64,000 nt of DNA from Candidatus Zhuqueibacterota bacterium (GTDB taxonomy: Bacteria; Zhuqueibacterota; Zhuqueibacteria; Residuimicrobiales; Krinioviventaceae): assembly GCA_016934825.1 (NCBI GenBank), contig JAFGSB010000158.1, positions 66,842-130,841 of the forward strand, in the 5' to 3' direction. The translations under genes were made by a program, and so were the position numbers. Shown piece by piece: positions 1 to 10,399 of the stretch. The notes beneath the pieces were generated by a model that worked only from the letters and a program-made list of their open reading frames with translations, did no database searches and was not told the origin of the DNA. How positions within the stretch are numbered: position 1 is the stretch's first letter; each line of letters begins with the position of its first letter.

Positions 1-10
1 AGAAAAAAGT

Positions 11-862
11 TTGAATCCTGATGTTCTCGTGATGACCGCGACGCCCATTCCCAGGACCCTGTCCATGACCGTATACGGCGACCTGGATGTGTCAATCCTG
101 AATGAAATGCCGACCGGCAGAAAGCCGATCATCACGCAATGGAGACCTAATCAATCCAGGGCTAAAATATACCGGTTTGTCCGGGATCATGTTGCAAAGG
201 GTGCCCAGACGTATATTGTTTTTCCGCTGGTGGAAGAAACGGAGAAATCGGATTTGAAAGCGGCGTCAGACAGTTATGAAAAGATGAAAGGCGGTTATTT
301 TTCTCAATTCAAACTCGGCCTGCTGCACGGTCGTATGAAAAGCGAGGAAAAAGAGTCCGTTATGGCGACGTTTAAGGCCGGAGATATACAGATACTCATC
401 AGTACCACGGTTATTGAAGTCGGTGTTGACGTACCCAACGCAACGATTATGGTTGTTGAACATGCGGAACGATTCGGGATCACCCAGTTACACCAGTTGC
501 GCGGTCGTGTCGGCCGCGGCGATTTGCAGTCCTATTGTATTTTGATCGGCTATGGAAGGTTGTCAGCCGAAGCGCGAAAAAGGCTGGATACAATGGCTTC
601 CACGAATGACGGTTTTAAACTGGCCGAGATTGATCTTGAATTAAGAGGTCCCGGCGAATTTTTCGGAACTAAACAACATGGATTGCCAGATTTGAAAATT
701 GCCAATGTGGTCAAAGATATTCAGTTGCTGCGCCAGGCCCGCAAGGAGGCTTTTACTCTTGTGGAGCATGATCCGCAATTATCGCATGAAGAAATGCTGG
801 GTACCCGCCATTATTTCTTAAGAAATTACCGGGATAAATACGACCTTGCCTGGGTCGGCTGA
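11..862 (+). CDS. recG: ATP-dependent DNA helicase RecG, C-terminal helicase domain (5' truncated by window edge)
   Basis: Helicase C-terminal motifs MTATPIPRTL, HQLRGRVGRG and the conserved RecG tail; ORF runs off the window start. Confidence 0.8.
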   Translation: MNPDVLVMTATPIPRTLSMTVYGDLDVSILNEMPTGRKPIITQWRPNQSRAKIYRFVRDHVAKGAQTYIVFPLVEETEKSDLKAASDSYEKMKGGYFSQFKLGLLHGRMKSEEKESVMATFKAGDIQILISTTVIEVGVDVPNATIMVVEHAERFGITQLHQLRGRVGRGDLQSYCILIGYGRLSAEARKRLDTMASTNDGFKLAEIDLELRGPGEFFGTKQHGLPDLKIANVVKDIQLLRQARKEAFTLVEHDPQLSHEEMLGTRHYFLRNYRDKYDLAWVG

Positions 863-889
863 TAAAAGTAAAATTGGAAAGGGAAAATA

Positions 890-1174
890 ATGTCTGAGAA
901 ACAAAATAAGGAACATAAAATAACGGTATTATTTTTAAATCTTGTGCTGAGTATGCAAACCGCCGCTTTACAGAATCTGGGCAAAGCGGAAAATCCCATG
1001 ACCGGCAAGGTGGAAGTTAATCCGGAACAGGCCCGGGCGTATATCGACATGCTGGATATGCTTGAAGCCAAAACACAAAACAATCTAAATGACGACGAAA
1101 AAAGATACCTGGGAAACGCGCTTACTGAATTAAAGACAATTTATGTTGAAGAGTTAAAAAAGAAAGATAAATAG
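890..1174 (+). CDS. DUF1844-like small conserved protein
   Basis: 94-aa ORF with a good RBS (GGAAAGGGAAAATAATG); charged helical protein resembling the DUF1844 family. Confidence 0.45.
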   Translation: MSEKQNKEHKITVLFLNLVLSMQTAALQNLGKAENPMTGKVEVNPEQARAYIDMLDMLEAKTQNNLNDDEKRYLGNALTELKTIYVEELKKKDK

Positions 1175-1222
1175 ATTTTTAATAACAAAAATTATGATTA
1201 CTTTTGGTACTGGAAAGATTGG

Positions 1223-2008
1223 ATGAGTAAAATTGCACAGCACAGCAGGCAGGTATGGGAGGATTTCTGGGTAGAAAAACAGGATATCGGACAGGTATAT
1301 TCCAATGCCGACCGGGTCATTAAACAGATAATTAAACTCGGCCCCTGTGAGAAAAAGTTTGTAATGGAAATCGGTGCGGGATCGGGCAGGGACGGTTTTA
1401 AATTAGTGGACCGGGGCGCAATCGTCATATTGCTGGATTACGCGGAGAGCTCATTATCTGTATTAAAAAAATTGTCCGCTGAATTGAACAAACCGGTGTT
1501 TTTGATCCGTGCTGATGCGTTTCATTTACCGTTCAAATCCGATGTATTAGATATCGTTTTTCATCAGGGTCTGTTGGAACATTTCACAAACCCACAGGAC
1601 CTGTTAAAAGAGAATTACCGGGTTTTGAAACCGGGAGGATTCGCGGTCGCCGACGTGCCACAGCGTTATCATTTCTATACAATTGTTAAACATGTATTGA
1701 TATGGTTGAACAGGTGGTTCGCCGGCTGGGAAACCGAATTCTCAATAAACCAGTTGAAAAGAATTTTTTCCGCAACCGGTTTTCTTGTTCATGATGTCTA
1801 TGGGGACTGGATGCGGCCCAGTTTTTTATATCGTGTTTGGCGGGAGGTCTTGAAAAAATTTAACATAAATATTGCTTTGTATCCCAAACCGGTGCCCGTT
1901 TTGTCGGGCATGTCGGACTTTATATTAAATCGTTTCAGAAATACAAAATTTGCATATTATACGTTTATGGATATTGGTGTCATTGGTATAAAGAAAAAGG
2001 TCAATTAG
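1223..2008 (+). CDS. Class I SAM-dependent methyltransferase
   Basis: Motif I VMEIGAGSGRDG and post-I LKPGG motif; 261 aa. Confidence 0.7.
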   Translation: MSKIAQHSRQVWEDFWVEKQDIGQVYSNADRVIKQIIKLGPCEKKFVMEIGAGSGRDGFKLVDRGAIVILLDYAESSLSVLKKLSAELNKPVFLIRADAFHLPFKSDVLDIVFHQGLLEHFTNPQDLLKENYRVLKPGGFAVADVPQRYHFYTIVKHVLIWLNRWFAGWETEFSINQLKRIFSATGFLVHDVYGDWMRPSFLYRVWREVLKKFNINIALYPKPVPVLSGMSDFILNRFRNTKFAYYTFMDIGVIGIKKKVN

Positions 2009-3148
2009 GTGGCGGATTTTCGTTCTTTGAATATTTTAGCGATAAACTGGCAGGATATAAAAAATCCGTTTGGCGGCGGCGCGGAAGTACATTTTCATGA
2101 AATTTTCAGGCGGGTAGCGGCTTCAGGGCACCATGTTACCTTATTATGCTGTGCTTTTCAAGGTGCAAAAACGGAGGAAATGGTTGACGGAATAAAGATT
2201 ATAAGACGCGGTTCGCGGAATTTTTTTAATTATTGCGTACCTGCTGAGTATAAAAAGTTAAGGAAAAACCGGCAGTTTGATATTGTTATTGACGATATCA
2301 ATAAAATTCCGTTTTATACGCCCCTGTATGTAAAAGAACCGGTACTGGCTATTCTGCACCATTTTTTCAGCAAAAGTATATACCTTGAAACATCCTTTAT
2401 TCCGGCAAGTTATGTGTATTTGAGCGAAAAACTGGTTCCCCGTATTTATCATAAAGTGCCGTTCGCTGTGGTGTCCGAAAGTACCCGTCAGGAACTGATA
2501 CGGGAGGGCGTCCGTTCTCCAATAGAACTTGTTCCCAATGCCGTTGATCCCGCATTATACGATTATTTACCGCAACTGAGGAGTGAAACACCGCTGATCG
2601 GATATTTGGGCAGGGTAAAAAAATATAAAAGTATAGACCATATATTGCGGGCCATGCCTGATGTTTTATCGGCGATCCCCGAAACCCGTCTCCTGATAAT
2701 TGGAGATGGTGATTACAGAAAAAATCTGGAGGAAATTGCATTTTCTTTAGGTATTCGTGACAAAGTCCGTTTTACAGGACATGTACCACAAGAGGAAAAG
2801 GTGAAATTATTAAATACTTTATGGCTGGCCGTTAATCCTTCTCCCAAAGAAGGGTGGGGATTAACTGTCATTGAAGCGAACGCGTGCGGCGTGCCGGTCA
2901 TAGCCGCTGATTCCCCGGGCTTGAGAGATTCTGTGGTCCATGAAGAAACCGGCCAACTGTATCCATACGGGAATATTCAGCAATTGGCAAATCAAATAAT
3001 AAAATTATTAAATACTCAGGAAAATATAAGTAAATTTTCAAAAAATTCATTAAATTGGGTCAATAATTTTAGTTGGAATGAATCAGCCACAAAAATAATT
3101 GACATTATTAAAGCGGCAATTGGACATAAGAGTCGGAGAGATTTATAA
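2009..3148 (+). CDS. Glycosyltransferase family 4 (GT-B)
   Basis: C-terminal EGWGLTVIEANACGVPVIAADSPGLRDSV motif (EX7E-type GT4 signature); GTG start abutting the upstream stop. Confidence 0.8.
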   Translation: MADFRSLNILAINWQDIKNPFGGGAEVHFHEIFRRVAASGHHVTLLCCAFQGAKTEEMVDGIKIIRRGSRNFFNYCVPAEYKKLRKNRQFDIVIDDINKIPFYTPLYVKEPVLAILHHFFSKSIYLETSFIPASYVYLSEKLVPRIYHKVPFAVVSESTRQELIREGVRSPIELVPNAVDPALYDYLPQLRSETPLIGYLGRVKKYKSIDHILRAMPDVLSAIPETRLLIIGDGDYRKNLEEIAFSLGIRDKVRFTGHVPQEEKVKLLNTLWLAVNPSPKEGWGLTVIEANACGVPVIAADSPGLRDSVVHEETGQLYPYGNIQQLANQIIKLLNTQENISKFSKNSLNWVNNFSWNESATKIIDIIKAAIGHKSRRDL

Positions 3149-5832
3149 TGCAAAATTACAAATTAATTAATCGTGTATTCGCGGGTGTCGCTTTTGTTTT
3201 CTCACTTTTTATTTATTTGAAAACAATAGCGCCAACGGTATCATTTTGGGATTGCGGAGAGTTTATTACCTGTTCCTATATTCTGGGAATACCCCATCCA
3301 CCGGGTGCACCGTTTTATTTATTGATCGGACGAATTTTTACAATGCTGCCGATTGCGGAAGATATTGCATTGCGTGTAAATATCATTTCCGCCCTGTCAT
3401 CGGCGGTCACCGTTATGCTGACATATTTGATTATTGTGCGTCTTGTCAGGCAGTGGCGCGGTGAACCCCGGAATTCCGAAGATATGTTTGTGCTCGTCGC
3501 CAGCGGATTGGTCGGCGCCCTTGCTTTTGCTTTTACCGACACATTCTGGTTCAACGCCGTAGAAGCGGAAGTATATGCCATCAGTATGTTCTTTACATCG
3601 ATCATTGTCTGGCTTATACTTGTCTGGCTTGAAAAAGCGGAAGAACCGGGTTCCGAAAGATATATACTCATCATAGCATACCTGGTCGGTCTGGCAATTG
3701 GCGTGCATTTGCTGATGATCCTTGCGCTCCCCGCCGTTTTTATGATCGTCTATTTTAAATATTTGGACCGGACCGGCCAAAAAATAAATATAACCAACCT
3801 GCTTGTCTTTGGCGGTATAACTCTGGTAATATTTGCGGTGATCTACCCGGGAGTTGTACAGTGGATCCCGAGAATGGCCGGGAAATTTACATTGTGGTCA
3901 TTGTTACTGCTGCTTTTCACCTTACTCATTAGTACGTTCTGGGTTATTTATTTTAAACAGCGGATCGCCAGTCTGGCGTTAATATCTTTACTGCTGGTTA
4001 TATTGGGTTATTCAACATATACAATGATCTATATCCGTTCGGGACTGGATCCGGAAATTGATGAAAATGATCCTGAAACCACCAAACAATTGGTCAGTTA
4101 TCTGAACCGTGAGCAGTACGGAACCTGGAGTACTTTTCCCCGGCGCTTTAAAGGAATGCCCCAGGAGTGGGAATTCAAACAGTTACAGGATTACGGCAGG
4201 GTTCCGAAAAGCCAGGGTTATGCCACTTACCAGTGGGATAAACAGATGGATTTTATGTGGAATTATCAAATTAAAAAGATGTACATTCGCTATTTTCTGT
4301 GGCAGTTTGCCGGCAAGGGTAAAACCATTGGTCAGGACGGATTTATTACGGAAACGATCTCCTTTAACGGGTTGCTGGGCCTGCCCCTGTTCCTTGGTCT
4401 CATTGGTATGGTACATCATTTTTACAGGCATTGGCGGCACGCTTTATCCATCACCGCATTATTGTTACTGACAGGTATAGCAATAGTCATTTATCTGAAT
4501 CAGGAGGATCCGCAGCCGCGGGAGCGTGACTATGTTTTTGTGGGGTCGTTTTTCGCGTTTGCCATCTGGATCGGTATGGGAGTGACGGCCGTGATTGAAA
4601 TGATACAGGAGGCCCTGCATAATAAATCAAAACTTAGGTATCTGCTTTCAGTTGCGGCAAGTGTTTTGTTATTGCTTGCGGTACCCGTGAATTTGCTGGC
4701 AACTAATTATACGGAACATAACAGAACCGGCAATTATGTCGCTTATGATTATTCTTATAATATTTTACAAACGTGTGATGAAAACGGTATATTATTTACA
4801 AACGGAGATAATGATACTTTTCCGTTATGGTTCCTTCAGTATGTTTACGGGGTGCGCAAAGATGTCAGGGTGGTAAACCTGAGTCTTTTGAACACCAACT
4901 GGTACATCAAACAACTTAAGAAAGAAGAACCCAAAGTACCTATATCACTGTCCGATTCAAAGATTGACGAACTGGAAGTAATGGGCTGGAAGGAGCAAAC
5001 GATCACCATTCCTGTTCCGAAGGACGTCAGGGAAAGAGTACTCACAGATCTGGGTGAAGTGAAGGAGTTGATTCCGGAAGAAAGTGACATCCCTGCGGAA
5101 ATCAGTTTTCAGGTCAAACCGACCGTGTATGGCCAGGGTATCCGCGTACAGGACTATATGATTTTGAATATATTGTACGCAAACCGCTGGCAAAAACCGA
5201 TCTATTTTGCCGTTACGGTTTCGAATCAGAACAAGCTGAACCTTGACGATTATCTCAGGATGGATGGTTTGTGTTTTGAAGTGACCCCGGCAGTGGATGA
5301 AGATTTAATGGCAAAAAAGTTACATGAACATTTGTTTGAAACCTTTCAGTTCCGCAGTCTGAATGATCCCGATGTTTATCTGAATGACAATATAAAAGGA
5401 TTATTACAGAATTACCGCGCCGCCTTTTTACGTCTGGCGGATTATTACCGGCGCAAGCAAAATATGCAAAGTATGTTAAGTGTTCTTGACAGGATGGAAA
5501 CGGTGATGCCGGACAGTGTTATCCCGCCGCCGGATATCCGTCTGCCGATTCAAATCGGTTCATTATATGATCTGGCGGGAGAGGCTGATAAATTCATTAA
5601 AAAAGTAGAGTGGGCAGTGAGTTCTGATCCCGACAATGCGTATGCTGTCGGTACCCTGGTCAGTCTTTACAGCAGGGAAGGGGACCATCAAAAAGCCGTC
5701 GCGTTGTTGGAAAAATGGATGCTGACGCATCCCGATGATCCGGAAGCTCGGAATAAACTGGAACAGGAAAAGGCTTTGATGAATGCTGTTCGTGACTCTG
5801 TAAAAGAAACCGATAATAATGTGAATCAGTAA
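3148..5832 (+). CDS. DUF2723/TMEM260-like GT-C fold membrane glycosyltransferase with C-terminal TPR region (candidate protein O-glycosyl/mannosyltransferase)
   Basis: N-terminal FWDCGEFITCSYILGIPHPPGAPFYLL motif typical of DUF2723; about 11 TM helices; soluble C-terminal half with TPR-like helices. Confidence 0.6.
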   Translation: MQNYKLINRVFAGVAFVFSLFIYLKTIAPTVSFWDCGEFITCSYILGIPHPPGAPFYLLIGRIFTMLPIAEDIALRVNIISALSSAVTVMLTYLIIVRLVRQWRGEPRNSEDMFVLVASGLVGALAFAFTDTFWFNAVEAEVYAISMFFTSIIVWLILVWLEKAEEPGSERYILIIAYLVGLAIGVHLLMILALPAVFMIVYFKYLDRTGQKINITNLLVFGGITLVIFAVIYPGVVQWIPRMAGKFTLWSLLLLLFTLLISTFWVIYFKQRIASLALISLLLVILGYSTYTMIYIRSGLDPEIDENDPETTKQLVSYLNREQYGTWSTFPRRFKGMPQEWEFKQLQDYGRVPKSQGYATYQWDKQMDFMWNYQIKKMYIRYFLWQFAGKGKTIGQDGFITETISFNGLLGLPLFLGLIGMVHHFYRHWRHALSITALLLLTGIAIVIYLNQEDPQPRERDYVFVGSFFAFAIWIGMGVTAVIEMIQEALHNKSKLRYLLSVAASVLLLLAVPVNLLATNYTEHNRTGNYVAYDYSYNILQTCDENGILFTNGDNDTFPLWFLQYVYGVRKDVRVVNLSLLNTNWYIKQLKKEEPKVPISLSDSKIDELEVMGWKEQTITIPVPKDVRERVLTDLGEVKELIPEESDIPAEISFQVKPTVYGQGIRVQDYMILNILYANRWQKPIYFAVTVSNQNKLNLDDYLRMDGLCFEVTPAVDEDLMAKKLHEHLFETFQFRSLNDPDVYLNDNIKGLLQNYRAAFLRLADYYRRKQNMQSMLSVLDRMETVMPDSVIPPPDIRLPIQIGSLYDLAGEADKFIKKVEWAVSSDPDNAYAVGTLVSLYSREGDHQKAVALLEKWMLTHPDDPEARNKLEQEKALMNAVRDSVKETDNNVNQ

Positions 5833-5859
5833 AATGGACTGTTTAAAGGAATTGTTTAT

Positions 5860-6840
5860 TTGGCGGAAAAACGTTTAGATAATACGACAAGTTTCAAACA
5901 GGTTTTATTTACATTTCTAAAAATATGTATTAGCGGTTTGTTGATCTGGTTTCTGTTGGCGCGAATCGGTGTGAACAAATTATTAGCTCAGCTAACCGCC
6001 GCTAATATTTACTGGATATTAGCAAGTATCTTTATATTTTCTCTGAGTAATATCCTGGGCGCTTTGCAATGGTACTTGTTATTAAAATCCAAAGCAATAA
6101 AGTTGTCCCTCTGGCGTGTGATCCAATTTTATCATGTCGGTTTATTTTTTAACAATTTTCTCATCGGTTACGTCGGAGGGGATGCTTTTAGAATTTATGA
6201 TATCAGAAAGAGTTCCGGTAATACGAACGGAGCGCTGACAACCGTATTTTTTGACCGGTTTATCGGGTTTTTTACATTGTCCACTCTTGCCGTGCTGGTT
6301 ACATTGATATGGATGAAACGGTTAACATCTCATGTTACAGTTTATACGATATTAATTGTGTTCGTAATATGGGTAATCGGATTTTATTTTCTGTTTCAGG
6401 AAAATGTCGCCAGAAAATTCTCATGGCTGTTTAGACTTTTTTTGCCCAAAATGATACATATCAAGTTAAAGGAGTTATATTACGAATTAAACAAATTCAG
6501 GCATAATAAAATTTTACTTTTACGTATCTTTGTTATCGCGTTCGGAGTGCAGACTTTGAGAATATTGACGCATCTATTCGCCGCGAGGGCGGTGGGTGTA
6601 AAACTGGAACTGTTATATTTCTTTATTTTTGTTCCCATTATCGCGCTGGCGGCCAGTTTGCCCATATCCCTGGGGGGGATCGGAGTTCGTGAACAAAGCG
6701 GCGTAACCTTGTTTACGCAGGTAGGGGTTTTGTCCGCAAAGGTTGTTGCGTTCGAATTTATTGCCTATCTGGTGGGGATTGTCGCGACAATTCCCGGCGG
6801 ATTGATTTTTGCGTTCCGAAAAAATCATAAAAAAATATGA
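5860..6840 (+). CDS. UPF0104 / lysylphosphatidylglycerol-synthase-TM-region-like flippase-domain membrane protein
   Basis: 326-aa polytopic protein (about 8 TM) with MprF-type flippase-like topology. Confidence 0.5.
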   Translation: MAEKRLDNTTSFKQVLFTFLKICISGLLIWFLLARIGVNKLLAQLTAANIYWILASIFIFSLSNILGALQWYLLLKSKAIKLSLWRVIQFYHVGLFFNNFLIGYVGGDAFRIYDIRKSSGNTNGALTTVFFDRFIGFFTLSTLAVLVTLIWMKRLTSHVTVYTILIVFVIWVIGFYFLFQENVARKFSWLFRLFLPKMIHIKLKELYYELNKFRHNKILLLRIFVIAFGVQTLRILTHLFAARAVGVKLELLYFFIFVPIIALAASLPISLGGIGVREQSGVTLFTQVGVLSAKVVAFEFIAYLVGIVATIPGGLIFAFRKNHKKI

Positions 6841-6880
6841 TCAGGAAAAATACTATTTAATAAAATTCAGGAACAGTGTT

Positions 6881-7939
6881 ATGATAAGAATAAAAAATTT
6901 TAAATTACTATTATCGGTTTTAATTGTTATAATGATCTTTGGAATGGAGTGTGCGCAAAAAGGCCAATCCATGGGATCGCTTCGGAATATTGTCGTGCTT
7001 GCCGATTCACTATTATGGGAACAGGTTGATGATTCCGTTACCCCGATTCTTTCCACAGAAAAATATACACCTCAACCTGAAAAGATTTTTGTGTTGAACA
7101 GAATCGATCCCGGAAGAATCGGAGAATTAAAAAAGTATTCACAAATTTTACTGATCGGTACATTAGACCAGCAGGGGGTCACAAAAAATCTGTTAGATCA
7201 GTTACTGCCGGCCGGTTCAAAAGGCAGGCAGTTGGTCGAAAACAATGAAAGATTCTTTTTCCAGGTAAAAGACCCATGGTCTCGTGAACAGTTGTTAGGT
7301 GTATTAGTGAGTAATGACCTGCCGACGCTTTTGGATAATTTGAAAACGGACAATAAAACGATTTTCGATGCCTTTGATCAACATGTCAATAGCAGGGTTT
7401 TTAACCAGGCTTATTACACATATGAACAAAAGAATATTGAAAAAAAACTGATGAATCAATATGGATGGAGCATCAGGGTGCCCCATGATTATGTAATGAC
7501 GATTGATTCCAGCGCGTCACGGTTTATTTGGCTTCGCCGGACGGGGCCAAACAGACTTATCAGGGATTTGTTTGTCTATTGGGAATCCGTTACTGATCCT
7601 TCATCATTGAGTAAGGAATGGATGCTTGAGAAAATGGCTAAAGTCGCAAAAGAATATTATAAAGGATATTATGTTTATTCAGACAGTTTAATCAAAGTGG
7701 AAGAAGAACTGGTCAACTTTTATGATAATTATTCGATAAAACTGGAGGGTATCTGGCAGGACGATTCCCTGAATGTAGGCGGTCCGTTCAGAAGCTATGC
7801 CTTTTATGATGAAACGGACGGACGTATATATTTACTGGATGGTTCCGTCTGGGCTCCCGAACAAAGAAAATGGCCATTTTTGCGTCAATTAGATATTATA
7901 ATGCAAACTTTTAAAACAAAAGCGCCGGAATCCCATTAA
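6881..7939 (+). CDS. Hypothetical lipoprotein
   Basis: Signal peptide plus lipobox (LIVIMIFGMEC); soluble domain with no recognised motifs. The ORF track starts at 6809 but the internal Met fits the signal peptide better. Confidence 0.45.
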   Translation: MIRIKNFKLLLSVLIVIMIFGMECAQKGQSMGSLRNIVVLADSLLWEQVDDSVTPILSTEKYTPQPEKIFVLNRIDPGRIGELKKYSQILLIGTLDQQGVTKNLLDQLLPAGSKGRQLVENNERFFFQVKDPWSREQLLGVLVSNDLPTLLDNLKTDNKTIFDAFDQHVNSRVFNQAYYTYEQKNIEKKLMNQYGWSIRVPHDYVMTIDSSASRFIWLRRTGPNRLIRDLFVYWESVTDPSSLSKEWMLEKMAKVAKEYYKGYYVYSDSLIKVEEELVNFYDNYSIKLEGIWQDDSLNVGGPFRSYAFYDETDGRIYLLDGSVWAPEQRKWPFLRQLDIIMQTFKTKAPESH

Positions 7940-7990
7940 ACCCAAACACCGGTGAATATAGGGGTGGATTTTTTAAAAAGGAGTAATCTC

Positions 7991-8452
7991 ATGCCAAAAG
8001 TTGCTATTGTAATGGGGAGCACTTCGGACGCGGACGTCATGGCTGTTTCCAGGACATATTTGCAGTTTTTTAATATTGACAGTGAAGTATTTACCCTTTC
8101 GGCTCACCGGACACCGGAACAAACAGCCGCTTTCGCAAAATCCGCTGAGGAAAAGGGTTTCTCGGCAATCATTGCGGGGGCGGGAATGGCCGCGCATTTA
8201 CCGGGAGTCATTGCCAGTTATACATCCCTGCCGGTTATTGGCGTTCCTTTGAGCGGTTCCGCCTTGAACGGTGTGGATGCCCTGTACGCAATCGTTCAGA
8301 TGCCCGCAGGTGTTCCGGTCGCTACCATGGCAATCGGTAAAGCGGGCGCGGCCAACGCGGCCGTATTTTGCGCAAGAATACTGGCCGCCCAATACAACGA
8401 TATTAAAGAAAAATTATTGCAGTTTGTTGAACAGGGGTGTAAACTTGGATAA
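7991..8452 (+). CDS. purE: N5-carboxyaminoimidazole ribonucleotide mutase PurE
   Basis: PKVAIVMGSTSD and AGMAAHLPGVIASYTSLPVIGVP motifs; strong RBS (AAGGAG) 8 nt upstream of the ATG at 7991. Confidence 0.9.
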   Translation: MPKVAIVMGSTSDADVMAVSRTYLQFFNIDSEVFTLSAHRTPEQTAAFAKSAEEKGFSAIIAGAGMAAHLPGVIASYTSLPVIGVPLSGSALNGVDALYAIVQMPAGVPVATMAIGKAGAANAAVFCARILAAQYNDIKEKLLQFVEQGCKLG

Positions 8453-8464
8453 TTGTTGGAGAAA

Positions 8465-9370
8465 ATGAAAATACTGGTTACAGGTTGTTACGGTTTATTG
8501 GGACAAACGGTTTGTGAACGTGCTCCAAAATCTTTTCTAGTTTACGGAGTTGATATACATGAGGGAAATATCGTTTTACCGGATGATAAATATTTTTCTC
8601 TTGATCTGACAGATCGAAAAAAAACTCTGGAATTATTGCAGGATTTAAAGCCGGATTATATTATCAATTCCGCCGCGTACACCGATGTTGACGGCGCGGA
8701 AACGGAACGGGAATTGTGTTGGAAAATCAATGTTGATCTTGTGGAAAATTTAATTTATGGCGCCCGTAAGATTAAAGCCGGAATCGGCCACATATCAACA
8801 GATTATATCTTTGATGGAAAATCAGGTCCTTATGCGGAAGACGCGCATCCCAATCCGATAGGATATTACGGGCGTTCCAAACTTGCCGCGGAGAATGCTT
8901 TGATTGGATCATCGGTGGATTATTTTATAGCCCGTACCATGGTCCTTTACGGAATGTCAAAGAACGGTAAAACCAATTTTGTCACCTGGCTCATCGCCCA
9001 GTTGACAAATCAACGACCGGTCAAGATAGTAAATGATCAATACGGAAATACGACCCTTGCGGATGAACTGGCCGAGGGTATTTGGACATTAATAAAAAGT
9101 GGTTATTCAGGAATTTTAAATATTGCCGGCCGGGAAATCATCAACCGTTATGAATTCGCCGTCAGAATTGCGGAGGTTTTTGGATTCGACAGGGATTTGA
9201 TAACAGCCGTAACCACCGCTGAATTCAACCAACCCGCACCAAGACCGTTAAATTCCGGCCTGATTGTTGACAAGGCTCTTAACGAGTTAAATATTGTGTT
9301 AAGCGATGTTGTTGAAGGATTACATAAATTTAAATCAATTTATTATTCGGGATCACTGGTGCCCGGTTGA
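8465..9370 (+). CDS. rfbD: dTDP-4-dehydrorhamnose reductase (RfbD family)
   Basis: MKILVTGCYGLLGQ Rossmann motif, SAAYTDVD and YGRSK catalytic region. Confidence 0.8.
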   Translation: MKILVTGCYGLLGQTVCERAPKSFLVYGVDIHEGNIVLPDDKYFSLDLTDRKKTLELLQDLKPDYIINSAAYTDVDGAETERELCWKINVDLVENLIYGARKIKAGIGHISTDYIFDGKSGPYAEDAHPNPIGYYGRSKLAAENALIGSSVDYFIARTMVLYGMSKNGKTNFVTWLIAQLTNQRPVKIVNDQYGNTTLADELAEGIWTLIKSGYSGILNIAGREIINRYEFAVRIAEVFGFDRDLITAVTTAEFNQPAPRPLNSGLIVDKALNELNIVLSDVVEGLHKFKSIYYSGSLVPG

Positions 9371-9602
9371 CGGAAACCTTAAGCAGAAATTAAGTTTTTT
9401 AAAAAATGAATCGATAAAATATAGGAGTTCATTTACTTAATAAGACAGGAAACAATATAATATCAGAAAATTTGAATAATTTGATGTTTAGGGTATTGTG
9501 TTCGGTATCAGCCGGCTACAAGTACTCCGATGAATAAAATTTTTTTCGTCCCGTAACGGTTAAAAGGAAAAACCTGTAAACACATAAATAGCGGAGCGGC
9601 CT

Positions 9603-10319
9603 TTGAAAATTTTAGTGATTATCCCTACCTTTAATGAAAGCCAAAATATTGAAAGATTGTTAAATGAGATAACCGGTCAGAATATCAACGGTCTCGATAT
9701 TCTTGTGGTTGATGATAATTCTCCGGACGGCACAGGTGAACTTGTGAAAAGATTTTCTGAAAAGAACTCCGCTGTTCATCTGTTAGAGAGGAATGAAAAG
9801 TTGGGACTTGGAACAGCTTATGTAACCGGTTTTAAATACGCTTTGGAGAAAAATTACGATCTGATCATTGAAATGGACGCCGATTTTTCACACGATCCGA
9901 AAGAACTTTTAAATTTAATCCAGGCCACAAGCCAGTATGATCTTGTTATGGGATCGAGATATGTAAAAGGCGTAAATGTAATTAACTGGCCTTTAAGCAG
10001 ACTGCTGCTCAGTATGGGCGCCAGTTTGTATACGCGTTTGATAACGGGTTTACCCTTGCATGATTGCACGAGCGGTTATAAATGCTTCAAGCGTAAAGTT
10101 CTGGAGAGTATAGACCTGGACAGGATACAGTCGGACGGATATTCTTTTCAAATCGAAATGAGTTTTAAAGCCTGGAAGAAAGGCTTTTCGCTTGGAGAAA
10201 TCCCGATCGTTTTTCTGGACCGTACTGCCGGTACTTCAAAAATGTCGAAAAAAATTCTCAGGGAAGCAATATGGATGGTTTGGAATTTAAAGTTACAAAG
10301 TATACTGGGCAAACTTTGA
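9603..10319 (+). CDS. GT2 polyprenol-monophosphate sugar synthase (Dpm1/dolichol-phosphate mannosyltransferase-like)
   Basis: IPTFNESQNI...VVDDNSPDGT and DADFSHDP motifs of the Dpm1-like GT2 family; TTG start. Confidence 0.8.
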   Translation: MKILVIIPTFNESQNIERLLNEITGQNINGLDILVVDDNSPDGTGELVKRFSEKNSAVHLLERNEKLGLGTAYVTGFKYALEKNYDLIIEMDADFSHDPKELLNLIQATSQYDLVMGSRYVKGVNVINWPLSRLLLSMGASLYTRLITGLPLHDCTSGYKCFKRKVLESIDLDRIQSDGYSFQIEMSFKAWKKGFSLGEIPIVFLDRTAGTSKMSKKILREAIWMVWNLKLQSILGKL

Positions 10320-10399
10320 TTTATAATATATCTTATTTTTCTCGCCGGCTTTTATATGTTGTTGAATATAAATCCTGTAATAAGAATTTTTGAAATGTA

